A DNA stretch of 64,000 nt from a bacterium (GCA_018675685.1 JABGXP010000014.1:17288-81287), one strand, 5' to 3'; positions 19,415-28,826 are shown, counted from the stretch's first letter. Translations and numbers: made by a program. Notes: a model not told the origin generated them from the letters alone.

Positions 19415-19627
19415 ATGGCAGTACCAAAGCAAAGGCATAACAGAAGTCGAACACGAAGAAGACGAGGCGGACATGACAAACAAAAAGCTATTTCTTTTGT
19501 TAAATGTTCTAATTGTGAAAAGGAGATCGAAGCACACAAGCTTTGCCCTTTTTGTGGTTCATTTAAAGGCAGAGAGGTTGTAAATATGACAGCCAAAGTA
19601 AAAAAAGTCGAAAAGAGCGATAAATAA
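19415..19627 (+). CDS. rpmF: 50S ribosomal protein L32
   Basis: MAVPKQRHNRSRTRRRRG N-terminus and a CxxC...CxxC zinc ribbon. Confidence 0.9.
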   Translation: MAVPKQRHNRSRTRRRRGGHDKQKAISFVKCSNCEKEIEAHKLCPFCGSFKGREVVNMTAKVKKVEKSDK

Positions 19628-19682
19628 AACTTTTTTTCTTGTTTCTTTTAAAATTTTATATTTGCGTTAACACAAATCAACT

Positions 19683-20330
19683 ATGGGGAGCAGACATCTT
19701 TCACGTTCAATAGCAATGCAAAGTCTTTATGAATGGGACTTTAACAATGTTTCCGACAAGGGAATGGAGGCAATTTTGCGAAATAACCTTAAAGAATTTG
19801 GTTCAAATGTAGACGACGACAGCTTCACCAGGAAGCTTGTTTTTGGAATTTTAGAAAAGAGGGAAATAATTGATCCTATTATTGAAAAGTGTGCACCGGA
19901 ATGGCCTCTTGCTCAAATTACAATTGTTGATCGAAATGTTTTACGTCTAGGAATTTATGAGTTGATGTTTGGGAGCTATGATGAGGCTCCACCGAAAGTT
20001 GCTATCAATGAAGCAATTGAACTTGCGAAAGCCTTTGGCGGTGAAAGTAGTGGAAGATTTGTAAATGGAGTTCTAGGAACTGTTTATCGCGAAATGGGAG
20101 AGCCTATGAAGGAGGATTCAACTGAAGATGGGAAGATACGTCGAGAAAAAGTTTTGGGCGTAGAAACAGACGACCCAAAGAAGAAGGCTACCAAAAAAAC
20201 AAAAAAAGCTGTTGTCCAAGAAGAGAAAAAGGCAAAAAAAGAAAAGAAGGATGATGGAAAAAAGGCGAAGAAGGTTGTGAAAAAAGTTAAGAAAGAAGAA
20301 AAGAGGATTGATGCTAGTGATAAAGAATAA
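19683..20330 (+). CDS. nusB: Transcription antitermination factor NusB with a ~75-aa lysine-rich C-terminal extension
   Basis: The NusB core runs through the ALYEW-like helix region to ...GVLGTVYRE; the tail is KKKATKKTKKAVVQEEKKAKKEKKDDGKKAKKVVKKVKKEEKRID. Confidence 0.85.
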   Translation: MGSRHLSRSIAMQSLYEWDFNNVSDKGMEAILRNNLKEFGSNVDDDSFTRKLVFGILEKREIIDPIIEKCAPEWPLAQITIVDRNVLRLGIYELMFGSYDEAPPKVAINEAIELAKAFGGESSGRFVNGVLGTVYREMGEPMKEDSTEDGKIRREKVLGVETDDPKKKATKKTKKAVVQEEKKAKKEKKDDGKKAKKVVKKVKKEEKRIDASDKE

Positions 20331-20441
20331 ATAGTTTAGCACAAGAACAAAAAGGAAATGTTTAATCTTTAAAATAGCACTAAAACGGAAGGTATGAAAT
20401 TTTTCATGGTTTCCATTTGAGGGCTTATAAACAATTGAAAA

Positions 20442-21137
20442 ATGGAAAAAATTAAGAAACTTGCGAAAAAAATAGAAATAGAATTTGATAATATAGAGCT
20501 TCTGCAGGAAGCAATGACTCATCGTTCATATCTCAATGAACACAAAGACTACAAGTTTGATCAAAATGAGAGGATGGAGTTCTTGGGTGACGCAGTCTTA
20601 GAGTTGATAGTCACAGAGCATTTATATTTGAATTATGGAAATCCAGAAGGGGAGCTTACTAATTGGAGAGCATCTTTGGTAAAAGGAGAAATGCTTGCTT
20701 TTGTTGGTGATGAAATTGGAATCGAAAAATATCTATTGATGTCAAAAGGAGAAAAACGAGACACAGGGAAAGCCAGGCAATATATTCTAGCAAATGCAAT
20801 GGAGGCAATTATTGGAGCTATTTATCTTGATAAGAGTCAGGGGTATGATAGTGCTAAAAGGTTTATTGAAAAATGGATCATCGTTAAATTGCCAGAAATT
20901 CTTAAAACAAAAAGCTACTTGGACCCAAAGAGTTATTTTCAAGAGAAAGCCCAAGAATTTGAGCAGACCACTCCTCACTATGAAGTTTTGGAAGAATGGG
21001 GCCCTGATCATGAAAAAATCTTTTTGATGGGAGTGTTTTTGGGAGATGAAAAAGTGGCAGAGGGGAAGGGTGACTCTAAACAAGAAGCTCAACGAACTGC
21101 TGCAGAAAAAGGACTTGAAGCAAAAAATTGGAAATAA
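20442..21137 (+). CDS. rnc: Ribonuclease III
   Basis: RNase III signature ERMEFLGDAVLEL and a C-terminal dsRBD. Confidence 0.9.
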   Translation: MEKIKKLAKKIEIEFDNIELLQEAMTHRSYLNEHKDYKFDQNERMEFLGDAVLELIVTEHLYLNYGNPEGELTNWRASLVKGEMLAFVGDEIGIEKYLLMSKGEKRDTGKARQYILANAMEAIIGAIYLDKSQGYDSAKRFIEKWIIVKLPEILKTKSYLDPKSYFQEKAQEFEQTTPHYEVLEEWGPDHEKIFLMGVFLGDEKVAEGKGDSKQEAQRTAAEKGLEAKNWK

Positions 21138-21180
21138 TAGTTTGAAAATCAAAACCCAATAGTTTATTTCGAAAGGAAAA

Positions 21181-21216
21181 AGGGATTGTCTTGAAATTAA
21201 GACAATCCCTTTTTAG
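21181..21216. terminator. Bidirectional rho-independent terminator (rnc on plus, small Cys ORF pair on minus)
   Basis: Perfect hairpin GGGATTGTCTT-gaaatt-AAGACAATCCC followed by TTTTT on the plus strand; the minus-strand ORF stop lies 18 nt away. Confidence 0.7.
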
Positions 21217-21233
21217 TATCCAGATAGGGTCTT

Positions 21234-21386
21234 TTACGCAAAGCTTTTCCTTGCTTTGTAGGGGCAGTTATGACATTTACTGCCAAGGGATCCTTTGATT
21301 GCAAGTTTTCTTTTTTCGATGCAATTCGGACTTCCTGGTTCATGAGGGCAGTCCTGTGGTTTTCCATTTGCCATAATGGACTTCAT
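21234..21386 (-). CDS. Hypothetical 50-aa cysteine-motif mini-protein (MKSIMANGKPQDCPHEPGSPNCIEKRKLAIKGSLGSKCHNCPYKARKSFA)
   Basis: Below the 60-aa cutoff of the track. The ATG at 21386 is preceded by GGAGG at 9-nt spacing. Four Cys (C-x9-C ... C-x2-C). Its start overlaps the stop of the upstream ORF as ATGA. Confidence 0.45.
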   Translation of the reverse strand: MKSIMANGKPQDCPHEPGSPNCIEKRKLAIKGSLGSKCHNCPYKARKSFA

Positions 21387-21586
21387 AAATAAAATCCTCC
21401 TTGTTTCCTAGTTTGTTTCTTATTGGGACAGTTGTGACATAAACTATCTTGTAGTTTCATTGCCTGTCGTTGTCTGTTTGTGCAAGCTTTGCCATCTAAC
21501 TTTAGGCAACACCTTCGAATCTTTATTTTTTGACCACGAAGGCGGTTTATTACATTGTGGACAGGGAAAACTGGTGTGACTTTCAT
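21383..21586 (-). CDS. Hypothetical 67-aa cysteine-motif mini-protein, upstream paralog (…SLCHNCPNKKQTRKQGGFYL)
   Basis: The ATG at 21586 is preceded by AAGGA. It shares the CHNCP motif with the downstream mini-ORF. Its TGA stop overlaps the next ATG (translational coupling). Confidence 0.4.
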   Translation of the reverse strand: MKVTPVFPVHNVINRLRGQKIKIRRCCLKLDGKACTNRQRQAMKLQDSLCHNCPNKKQTRKQGGFYL

Positions 21587-21820
21587 TTTGAATCCTTTGT
21601 AAAAGATTTTTGAGGAACTTTTTATTTATTAGATTATAGCACGTTTTTTATTAAATGTAAAGGGTTGAGAATACAATTATTTCATTCAATGGAAAAAGAT
21701 TATTTTCCGTTGTTAAGAGAGGTTTATTGTAGTATAATGCAAGAGTATCAATGAAATTTTGTCTTGTTTGCACAAAATTTTGTTTTATTGAAAATAAGGA
21801 ATAAAAAGAAAGAGAAAAAA

Positions 21821-24139
21821 ATGTTTTTAAAAAAGCTTGAAATTATTGGCTTCAAATCGTTTGCCAAAAAGACTTCTTTGGATTTTTCTCAAACAGGGAT
21901 TTTGAATGGTGAGAAAAAAATTGGAATCTCTGCGATTGTCGGTCCCAATGGAAGCGGCAAATCGAATATTGCAGATGCTCTGCGTTGGGCAATGGGAGAA
22001 CAATCCATGAAATATTTGCGAGGAAAAAAGACCGAGGACATTATCTTTGCAGGAAGCGGAAAAAAAGCGAAATTAGGGAGTGCACAAGTTTCGATTTATT
22101 TGGATAATTCTAAGAAACAAATTCCGCTAGAATTTGATGAGGTTGTTATCACTAGAAAAGTATACCGAAATGGTGAAAGTGAATATTTAGTAAATGGTGC
22201 CAAAACGAGATTGATTGATATTGTTGATTTGTTAGCAAGGGCAGGTATTGGACAGCGTAGTTATTGTATTGTGAACCAAGGAATGGCTGATCAGATTTTG
22301 AATGCAACTCCAATTGAAAGACGAGCGATGCTTGAGGAAGCGGCTGGTGTAAAGGAGTTTCAAGTTAAAAAACAGCGAGGACAAAGAAAGTTAGTGAGTA
22401 CAAAAAACAATCTAGATAGAGTGGAAGGACTTTTGCTCGAAATTGAACCGCATCTTAGATTATTGAAACGACAAAGTACAAGAGCTCAAAAAGGAGAGAT
22501 TTATCGAAATCAATTAAGAGAAAAACAACATTCTTTGTATGGTTTTTTGTGGCACGGACTTTTTGATTCTGTGAAAAAAGCTCAAGATATAAAAAGTGTA
22601 ACTGAACATGAAGTTGCAGAATTGCAAAAAGAAGTTAGTAATATTGCGGATGAATCACAGAAGGAGTCTAAGAATAAAATTTCTTTACAAGGAGAGATAA
22701 ACGAATTGGAAACAACACAAAGAGAGGTAAATCAAGAACTCAATATTCTTGAGAGAAAACTGATTATTGCTGAGGGCAAGTTAGCTTTGGAAAAGGAAAG
22801 AGCGAGAGATATTCGTCTCGTAGAAGTTATTCCGATGGGAGTCAAGGTTATTAAAACAAGACTCTCTGAAATTAAAAATCAGCAGGAAAAACTAATTAAG
22901 CGAATTGAAGGTGTTGATGATTTGAAACAAATTCAAGAAATCAAAGAATATGCACGAGCAATCTCAATGGAAATGTATGACTTATATGAAGCTGTTGTGA
23001 GAGGAAAGATGGAGAAGAAGAAGCCACAAGAGGAGATACAGAAACAAAAATCCATCAATTTAAAAAAAGCTCATTTCATCATGGAGGAAATAAAGGAGCT
23101 GAAAACCCAAAAGGCTAGTGCGGAAGAGAACCTTAGAGGGAAACAAAAAATAATCACCGAGCTTATCGGGAAAGATCAAAAAGAAAGAGGACTATCAATA
23201 GAATTAGAAGACAAGCTTAGGCGTGCTAGATTTGAATTAGATAGGAAAAAGGATCTTTTGAATGAAGCTAGAATTGAGCTTGCAAAAAATGAGGTAAAAG
23301 AAGAGGATCTAAGCGCTAGAATCAGATCAGAAATGCGTATTAGTCCGGAGAAGCTTGAATATAATAAGGAGTCTATCGATATTGCAAAATGTGACAAAGA
23401 TATCAACCGATTGAAATTTCAGTTAGAACAGATTGGGGGAATTGATGAAGCGATTATTGAAGAATATAAAGAGACTGATAAAAGATATAATTTCTTGTCA
23501 AAAGAATCTCAAGATCTACATGAAGCGATGAAGCGATTAAAAAAGGTTATTCGAGAAATGGATTTAAAAATAAAAGATGAATTTGAGGAAGCTTTTGTTT
23601 TTATCAATAAAGAGTTTGCAAAATACTTTAAAATTATCTTTAATGGTGGAAAAGCAAAGCTTGAAAAAATTGAAATTACGAAAATAAAACGTTCTTCACA
23701 AGAAAAGGAAAATAAGGAAAACTATACAGAAAACAGCTCTTTCGAAGCTGAGGAAGAGAAGGAGGATAAACAAATTGGAATTGAAATTTTCGCTGAACCA
23801 GCAGGAAAGAAAATAACAAATCTCGGCATGCTTTCTGGCGGTGAAAGAACTTTAACCTCAATAGCAATGCTCTTTGCAATTATTTCATATAATCCACCTC
23901 CATTTGCGTTCTTGGATGAGATTGAGGCTGCTCTTGATGAGGCTAATTCAAAGAGGTTTAGCAAAATCCTCAATGAGCTTTCAGGAAAAACTCAGTTTGT
24001 ACTTATTTCGCATAATCGGCAAACAATGAGAGAAGCAGCATTGCTTTATGGTGTCACAATGGGAGATGACGGGATTTCGAAGTTATTATCAGTTAAATTG
24101 GACCAAGTGGGGCTTGCTGGAGAGATAAAAAAGAATTAA
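21821..24139 (+). CDS. smc: SMC-family chromosome segregation ATPase (short coiled coil)
   Basis: The track ORF starts at a TTG at 21764; the ATG at 21821 gives MFLKKLEIIGFKSF. Walker A GPNGSGKSN; long coiled coil; C-terminal signature LSGGERTLTSIA and Walker B FAFLDEIEAALD. About 770 aa, which is short for SMC. Confidence 0.8.
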   Translation: MFLKKLEIIGFKSFAKKTSLDFSQTGILNGEKKIGISAIVGPNGSGKSNIADALRWAMGEQSMKYLRGKKTEDIIFAGSGKKAKLGSAQVSIYLDNSKKQIPLEFDEVVITRKVYRNGESEYLVNGAKTRLIDIVDLLARAGIGQRSYCIVNQGMADQILNATPIERRAMLEEAAGVKEFQVKKQRGQRKLVSTKNNLDRVEGLLLEIEPHLRLLKRQSTRAQKGEIYRNQLREKQHSLYGFLWHGLFDSVKKAQDIKSVTEHEVAELQKEVSNIADESQKESKNKISLQGEINELETTQREVNQELNILERKLIIAEGKLALEKERARDIRLVEVIPMGVKVIKTRLSEIKNQQEKLIKRIEGVDDLKQIQEIKEYARAISMEMYDLYEAVVRGKMEKKKPQEEIQKQKSINLKKAHFIMEEIKELKTQKASAEENLRGKQKIITELIGKDQKERGLSIELEDKLRRARFELDRKKDLLNEARIELAKNEVKEEDLSARIRSEMRISPEKLEYNKESIDIAKCDKDINRLKFQLEQIGGIDEAIIEEYKETDKRYNFLSKESQDLHEAMKRLKKVIREMDLKIKDEFEEAFVFINKEFAKYFKIIFNGGKAKLEKIEITKIKRSSQEKENKENYTENSSFEAEEEKEDKQIGIEIFAEPAGKKITNLGMLSGGERTLTSIAMLFAIISYNPPPFAFLDEIEAALDEANSKRFSKILNELSGKTQFVLISHNRQTMREAALLYGVTMGDDGISKLLSVKLDQVGLAGEIKKN

Positions 24140-24158
24140 CAGATTTAAATTTTCGAAA

Positions 24159-24989
24159 ATGAAAAAACATAAAGAAGGCGAGGGTATAGAGACAAGAGAA
24201 TATGCTGGTTTTTTATTTAGACTTGCTGCTTTTGCTATTGATTTTTTGGTATTAGTTTTAATTTCAGTTGCTACAGCTATTGTTTTCACAATCGTTATAA
24301 ATCTTGCGAGAATTAATTTCGACATAGAAGTCATTTCTAGTTTTGTTGGTTTTTTGATTAATGCTGGATATTATGTGTTTATGACTTATCGATATGAAGC
24401 AACGTTCGGGAAGAAACTTTTTGGTCTTAGAGTAAAAAGTCATGATGATGAGGGGTTGGATATCGGAACAGTAATTGTTCGTGAAGTGGCTGGTAAATTT
24501 CTCTCAATAATGTCTTTCGGCCTGGGCTATCTTTGGATTTTCTTTGATAATAAAAAACAAGGGCTTCATGACAAGCTTGCAAAAACAGTTGTTTTAGTTG
24601 ATAAAGGAAGCAATGTCGCAAAATGGAAAGCCTTTCTTGTTGCGGGAGTTTTTTCAGTTTTCTTCATATGGTTCTCGGTTTGGATCACACTAGGAGTATT
24701 AGATGAGGATTTTCAAGATGGAATAAATCGAGGAAACGTAGTTTTACTTGTCAAAAGAACTCTAGTTTCTGCAAAATTGTGTGTTTCTGAAGGGAATAAT
24801 ATTATGAATCCAAAAAGCAATCAAAATGGCGGTGGAGATATTTGTGACGAAGCAATTGGGATGAAATGGCCAAGTTTAGGTGGAGGCTATGAATATGGGG
24901 AGATTAATAACAGTTATATTTTCATAAATAAAGCGGAAATTCCAGATACTAAATGTGAAATTATGAGTGGAGAGTGTAATTTGGAGTAA
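24159..24989 (+). CDS. RDD-family membrane protein with a ~110-aa Cys-containing C-terminal extension
   Basis: The RDD core (RLAAFAIDFLVLVLI ... RYEATFGKKLFGLRV ... GLHDKLAKTVV), then an extra TM and a soluble tail with four Cys. Confidence 0.65.
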   Translation: MKKHKEGEGIETREYAGFLFRLAAFAIDFLVLVLISVATAIVFTIVINLARINFDIEVISSFVGFLINAGYYVFMTYRYEATFGKKLFGLRVKSHDDEGLDIGTVIVREVAGKFLSIMSFGLGYLWIFFDNKKQGLHDKLAKTVVLVDKGSNVAKWKAFLVAGVFSVFFIWFSVWITLGVLDEDFQDGINRGNVVLLVKRTLVSAKLCVSEGNNIMNPKSNQNGGGDICDEAIGMKWPSLGGGYEYGEINNSYIFINKAEIPDTKCEIMSGECNLE

Positions 24990-25143
24990 GTATGGTAATT
25001 AAGGAGTAGTTATAAATATGTCTGTTTGAAGAAATCAAAAAATCTGATAGAATGTTATTATATTTTTAGTTATTAAAACTAGAATTAAGAATATGTGGAA
25101 AAGCTTTTCTTTTTGGAATTTACATATAGGCAATAGCCTTGTA

Positions 25144-25500
25144 AGAATGAGGATTATAAAAGGATTTTTAATGCTTATTATAATCAGTCTTTTTGTGATT
25201 AAGATGAAGTATGATCTTAATAAGGCAGAACAAATGTGTGAAGGTCCGGATTGTGTGGAAATTAACATTTCTTTTTTGGCACCCCCCGACTATATAAAAG
25301 GTGTTGATAAGCGAAAATATCAGTGGGTCGAGATTTATAAAAAAGATTCCAAGAAAGTTCTTTATAAAAGATATTTCGATAATCAAAATAGGATAATTTT
25401 TTTGGTTGAGAAGGGCGAATATTATATAAAGAGTGATAATAAAGACCAAGAAATAAAAGAAATTTCGGTCAAGGGTAAAAAAGAGCTAATTCTGCAATAA
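25144..25500 (+). CDS. Hypothetical small signal-anchored protein
   Basis: ORF 25093-25500; the likely start is MRIIKGFLMLIIISLFVIK, a hydrophobic N-terminus; the lysine-rich soluble part has no recognisable motif. Confidence 0.3.
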   Translation, partial: RMRIIKGFLMLIIISLFVIKMKYDLNKAEQMCEGPDCVEINISFLAPPDYIKGVDKRKYQWVEIYKKDSKKVLYKRYFDNQNRIIFLVEKGEYYIKSDNKDQEIKEISVKGKKELILQ

Positions 25501-25524
25501 TAGATAGTAAAAAAATAACAAGGA

Positions 25525-25974
25525 ATGAAAATCGAAAAGTTTAGAGAGGAAATAGAACTTGAACACAGAGTTTTAATTGGAGAAAGGGAGTTTGAAATAT
25601 TGGAAATTGTACATTTCCAATTAGATGACGGAACTGTTTATACAAAATTGTTTTTGGAGGACGGATATGTCCTAGCTGATGATGCAGAGCAGGATGTTTA
25701 TATTCTTGTTGAAGACGTTAAAACTGACTTCATCAAACCTTTTCCGGAACTTCTAGAATTTGACTCAAAGCGATTCACCTTTCAGTACAGTGCGAATGCA
25801 AAGGCAATTGAGGTTTCAGGAGAAGAGATTTTTGCCAAAGGTGATATGGAGAAATTTTGGGATTATGAATCCAGGGATGGGAGTTATTTAAGTTTGGGAA
25901 TTGTAGGGAAGACAGGAAAGAGAATGGATTTGTGTGGAAGAATTGTTCAAGAAGACGAACTGGAATTAGTTTAG
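25525..25974 (+). CDS. Hypothetical acidic cytoplasmic protein
   Basis: 149-aa ORF with no recognisable catalytic motif; compact spacing to the neighbouring genes. Confidence 0.4.
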   Translation: MKIEKFREEIELEHRVLIGEREFEILEIVHFQLDDGTVYTKLFLEDGYVLADDAEQDVYILVEDVKTDFIKPFPELLEFDSKRFTFQYSANAKAIEVSGEEIFAKGDMEKFWDYESRDGSYLSLGIVGKTGKRMDLCGRIVQEDELELV

Positions 25975-25992
25975 ATTTTTTAAAATTTCGAA

Positions 25993-26685
25993 ATGGAAAA
26001 AGCTAAAATTTATATTATCGGGACACCGATTGGAAACTTAAGTGACGTCACTTTTCGTGCGATTGAAACTTTAAGTGAAGTTGATTTAATTTTATGTGAA
26101 GACACTAGAGTGACAGCAAGGCTTCTTAATCGATATGAGATCAAGAAACCGCTTCTATCTTATCATCAGCAAAGTGGTTTAAGTAAAGTGGATAAGATTA
26201 TTGACCTCCTAAGGGAAGGGAAAAAGTTGGCGCTTGTGACAGATGCAGGGACCCCCGGAATATCTGATCCAGGGAATGAACTTGTTGCAAAGATACTGGA
26301 AGAATTTAAAGAGGATGTTTGTGTTATCCCAATTCCTGGTGTCTCAGCTATTACAGCCCTTGCTTCGGTTGCTGGGATTGATTTGTCAAAATTTGTTTTT
26401 TTAGGATTCATTCCCAACAAAAAAGGAAGGCAGACTTTCTTGAAAAAAGCAATTAATGCTTGCTTCCCGGTACTTTATTATGACTCACCTTATCGTTTTA
26501 TGAAGAATCTAAAACTTTGCAAAGAACTTTGTGAAGAACTAGGGGTTCACAAGAGGATGATTGTAGGAAGGGAGTTAACTAAAATTTTCGAAGAAATTGT
26601 CCGGGGTGATTTAGATGAAATTGAAGAATATTTTTTGAGTAAGGACGGCAAAATCAAGGGTGAATTTGTTGTGATTTTATATTAG
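25993..26685 (+). CDS. rsmI: 16S rRNA (cytidine1402-2'-O)-methyltransferase
   Basis: IYIIGTPIGNLSDVTFRA and LILCEDTRVTARLL, the tetrapyrrole-methylase-like fold typical of RsmI. Confidence 0.9.
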   Translation: MEKAKIYIIGTPIGNLSDVTFRAIETLSEVDLILCEDTRVTARLLNRYEIKKPLLSYHQQSGLSKVDKIIDLLREGKKLALVTDAGTPGISDPGNELVAKILEEFKEDVCVIPIPGVSAITALASVAGIDLSKFVFLGFIPNKKGRQTFLKKAINACFPVLYYDSPYRFMKNLKLCKELCEELGVHKRMIVGRELTKIFEEIVRGDLDEIEEYFLSKDGKIKGEFVVILY

Positions 26686-26752
26686 AAAATAGCGGTTGAT
26701 TTTTGTTGATTTTTGCGATAGAATGGGGATAAATAATAAGTTGGAAATTTAT

Positions 26753-27646
26753 ATGAAAATAATTCAAAAACGAAATAAGTTCTTTGTACTATCGGCTATA
26801 CTTATGATTGTAAGTTTTGCTTTGATTTCTACCTGGGGACTGAAGTTGGGAATGGACTTTGTTGGTGGGACCAAACTAACCTTGAAGTACGAGGAAGGTG
26901 TTCCGACCAATGATGAGATCAGTGAGCAATTAAAAGAGCTTGAACTTGGAAGTTTAACAATTCAAAGTTCAGAGGAGAACACAGTGTTTGTTAGATTTGT
27001 AACAGGAGAGAATGATGAAGAGGTTCTGAACAGTGTTCAGGAGAAGCTGAAGGGTGCTCGAGAGGACTTATTGGTTGAAGAAGTCTCATATATAAGCTCA
27101 ACAGTTTCTGGGGAATTGAAATCTAGAGCCCTAACGGCAATTATTTTTGCAGTAGTGGGGATCGCCTTGTATGTAGCTTGGGCGTTTAGAAAAGTTTCTC
27201 ATCCAGTTGAAAGTTGGAAATACGGGATTGCTGCTGTTGTTGCTCTTGCGCATGATACTTTGCTTACAGTGGGACTCTTTTCTGTCCTAGGACACTTTTA
27301 TGGCATTGAAGTTAATATTCCATTTGTAGCAGCTCTTTTGACGATCCTAGGGTACAGTGTTAACGATACGATAGTTGTTTTTGACAGAGTTCGGGAGAAT
27401 TTGAATAAATCTGGAGCAAAAGATGACTTTGAAGAAACAGTGAACACCTCAATTAACGAATCATTGACCAGGTCAATCAACACTTCTTTGACCGTGGTTG
27501 TTGTTCTTACAGCAATTATTTTATTTGGCGGAGAAAGTATTCAGTCATTTTCAATCGCACTTCTAGTTGGAATTGTCCTTGGAACATATTCATCAATCTT
27601 TATCGCCAGCGCACTGATTGTTGAAATTTGGAAAAAAAGGAATTAA
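26753..27646 (+). CDS. secF: Protein translocase subunit SecF
   Basis: The ATG at 26753 (MKIIQKRNKF) is in frame within the track ORF. GMDFVGGTKL motif and six TM segments; the C-terminal half matches SecF (YSVNDTIVVFDRVREN). Confidence 0.85.
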   Translation: MKIIQKRNKFFVLSAILMIVSFALISTWGLKLGMDFVGGTKLTLKYEEGVPTNDEISEQLKELELGSLTIQSSEENTVFVRFVTGENDEEVLNSVQEKLKGAREDLLVEEVSYISSTVSGELKSRALTAIIFAVVGIALYVAWAFRKVSHPVESWKYGIAAVVALAHDTLLTVGLFSVLGHFYGIEVNIPFVAALLTILGYSVNDTIVVFDRVRENLNKSGAKDDFEETVNTSINESLTRSINTSLTVVVVLTAIILFGGESIQSFSIALLVGIVLGTYSSIFIASALIVEIWKKRN

Positions 27647-27682
27647 AAGAAGAAAAGCTGAAATAAAAGATAAGAAAAAAAA

Positions 27683-28819
27683 TTGAAAATTGCGATAGTT
27701 CACGACTATTTGGTTCAGTACGGGGGAGCGGAAAGGGTTCTTGAAGCGATTTGTGAGATTTGGCCCCAGGCACCCATCTATACACTGTTACATGACAGTG
27801 ATCTTGTGCATAATAAATTTGATGACAAGGTGATCAGAACTTCTTTTTTGCAAAAAGTTCCTTTTGCTAAAAAGAACCATAGGATTTTCCCACCACTTAT
27901 GATGCTTGGAATTGAACAGTTTAATCTTGACTATTATGACGTTGTTCTATCTGATTCTTCTAGCTTCGCCAAAAACTTAATCACCAATTCTGACACATTA
28001 CATATTACATATTGTCACACACCAATGCGTTATGGATGGGATGATTGTCAATATTATACTCAAGAATTTAGTTTTCCAGGAATTGTTAAGAAAGTCGTTC
28101 CACCTCTCATGAACTACATTAGATTGTGGGATTTTTTTGGCTCATATGGAGTGGATTCTTTTATTGCCAATTCTAATTTTGTTGCGACAAGAATTAAAAA
28201 ATATTATCATCGAGACTCATACGTAATCAATCCTCCTGTGAATGTTGACGATTTTCATATCTGCAAAAAGGAGGAACTAGGTGATTATTTTTTGATGGTT
28301 GGCAGAATGATGAAGTACAAGAAGATGGATCTTGTGATTGAAGCTTTTAATGAAATGAAATTGCCCCTCAAAATTGTCGGGCGTGGAATGGAGAAGGAAT
28401 ATCTAAGTGAAATAGCAGGGCCAACAGTTGAGTTTATGGGAAGAGTCTCAGACGAAGAATTGCGCGATATTTATGCTAAGGCGCAAGCATTTATCTTCCC
28501 CCAAGAAGAGGATTTTGGGATTGTTGCGATTGAGGCACTAGCTTCTGGAAGACCATTGATTGCTTTTAAAGGAGGGGATGTAGTGGAGCATATCCAAGAG
28601 GGGAAAACAGGTGTTTTCTTTAAGCAGCAAACTAAAAAGAAAGTGATAGCCGCTGTCAGAAAATTTCAATCCATTGATTTCGATGGAGAATTCATTCGTT
28701 CGACTTCATTGAAATTTGAAAAAGAGAATTTCCAGAAAAAAATTAAGGATTTTATTGAAAGTAAGAGAGAAGATTTTGTTAAGGAAAAAGAGTTTGTTAA
28801 TAATAAAAATATTAAATAA
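27683..28819 (+). CDS. Glycosyltransferase family 4 (GT-B, retaining)
   Basis: C-terminal nucleotide-sugar binding motif EDFGIVAIEALASGRPLIAF; about 380 aa. Confidence 0.8.
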   Translation: MKIAIVHDYLVQYGGAERVLEAICEIWPQAPIYTLLHDSDLVHNKFDDKVIRTSFLQKVPFAKKNHRIFPPLMMLGIEQFNLDYYDVVLSDSSSFAKNLITNSDTLHITYCHTPMRYGWDDCQYYTQEFSFPGIVKKVVPPLMNYIRLWDFFGSYGVDSFIANSNFVATRIKKYYHRDSYVINPPVNVDDFHICKKEELGDYFLMVGRMMKYKKMDLVIEAFNEMKLPLKIVGRGMEKEYLSEIAGPTVEFMGRVSDEELRDIYAKAQAFIFPQEEDFGIVAIEALASGRPLIAFKGGDVVEHIQEGKTGVFFKQQTKKKVIAAVRKFQSIDFDGEFIRSTSLKFEKENFQKKIKDFIESKREDFVKEKEFVNNKNIK

Positions 28820-28826
28820 AAAACAG

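Noticed and set aside
20118-20522. Minus-strand 134-aa Phe/Leu-rich ORF overlapping the nusB 3' end
   Set aside because: It is the reverse-complement reading of the Lys-rich (AAA/AAG) NusB tail, so it is TTT/CTT-rich by construction; it has no RBS.
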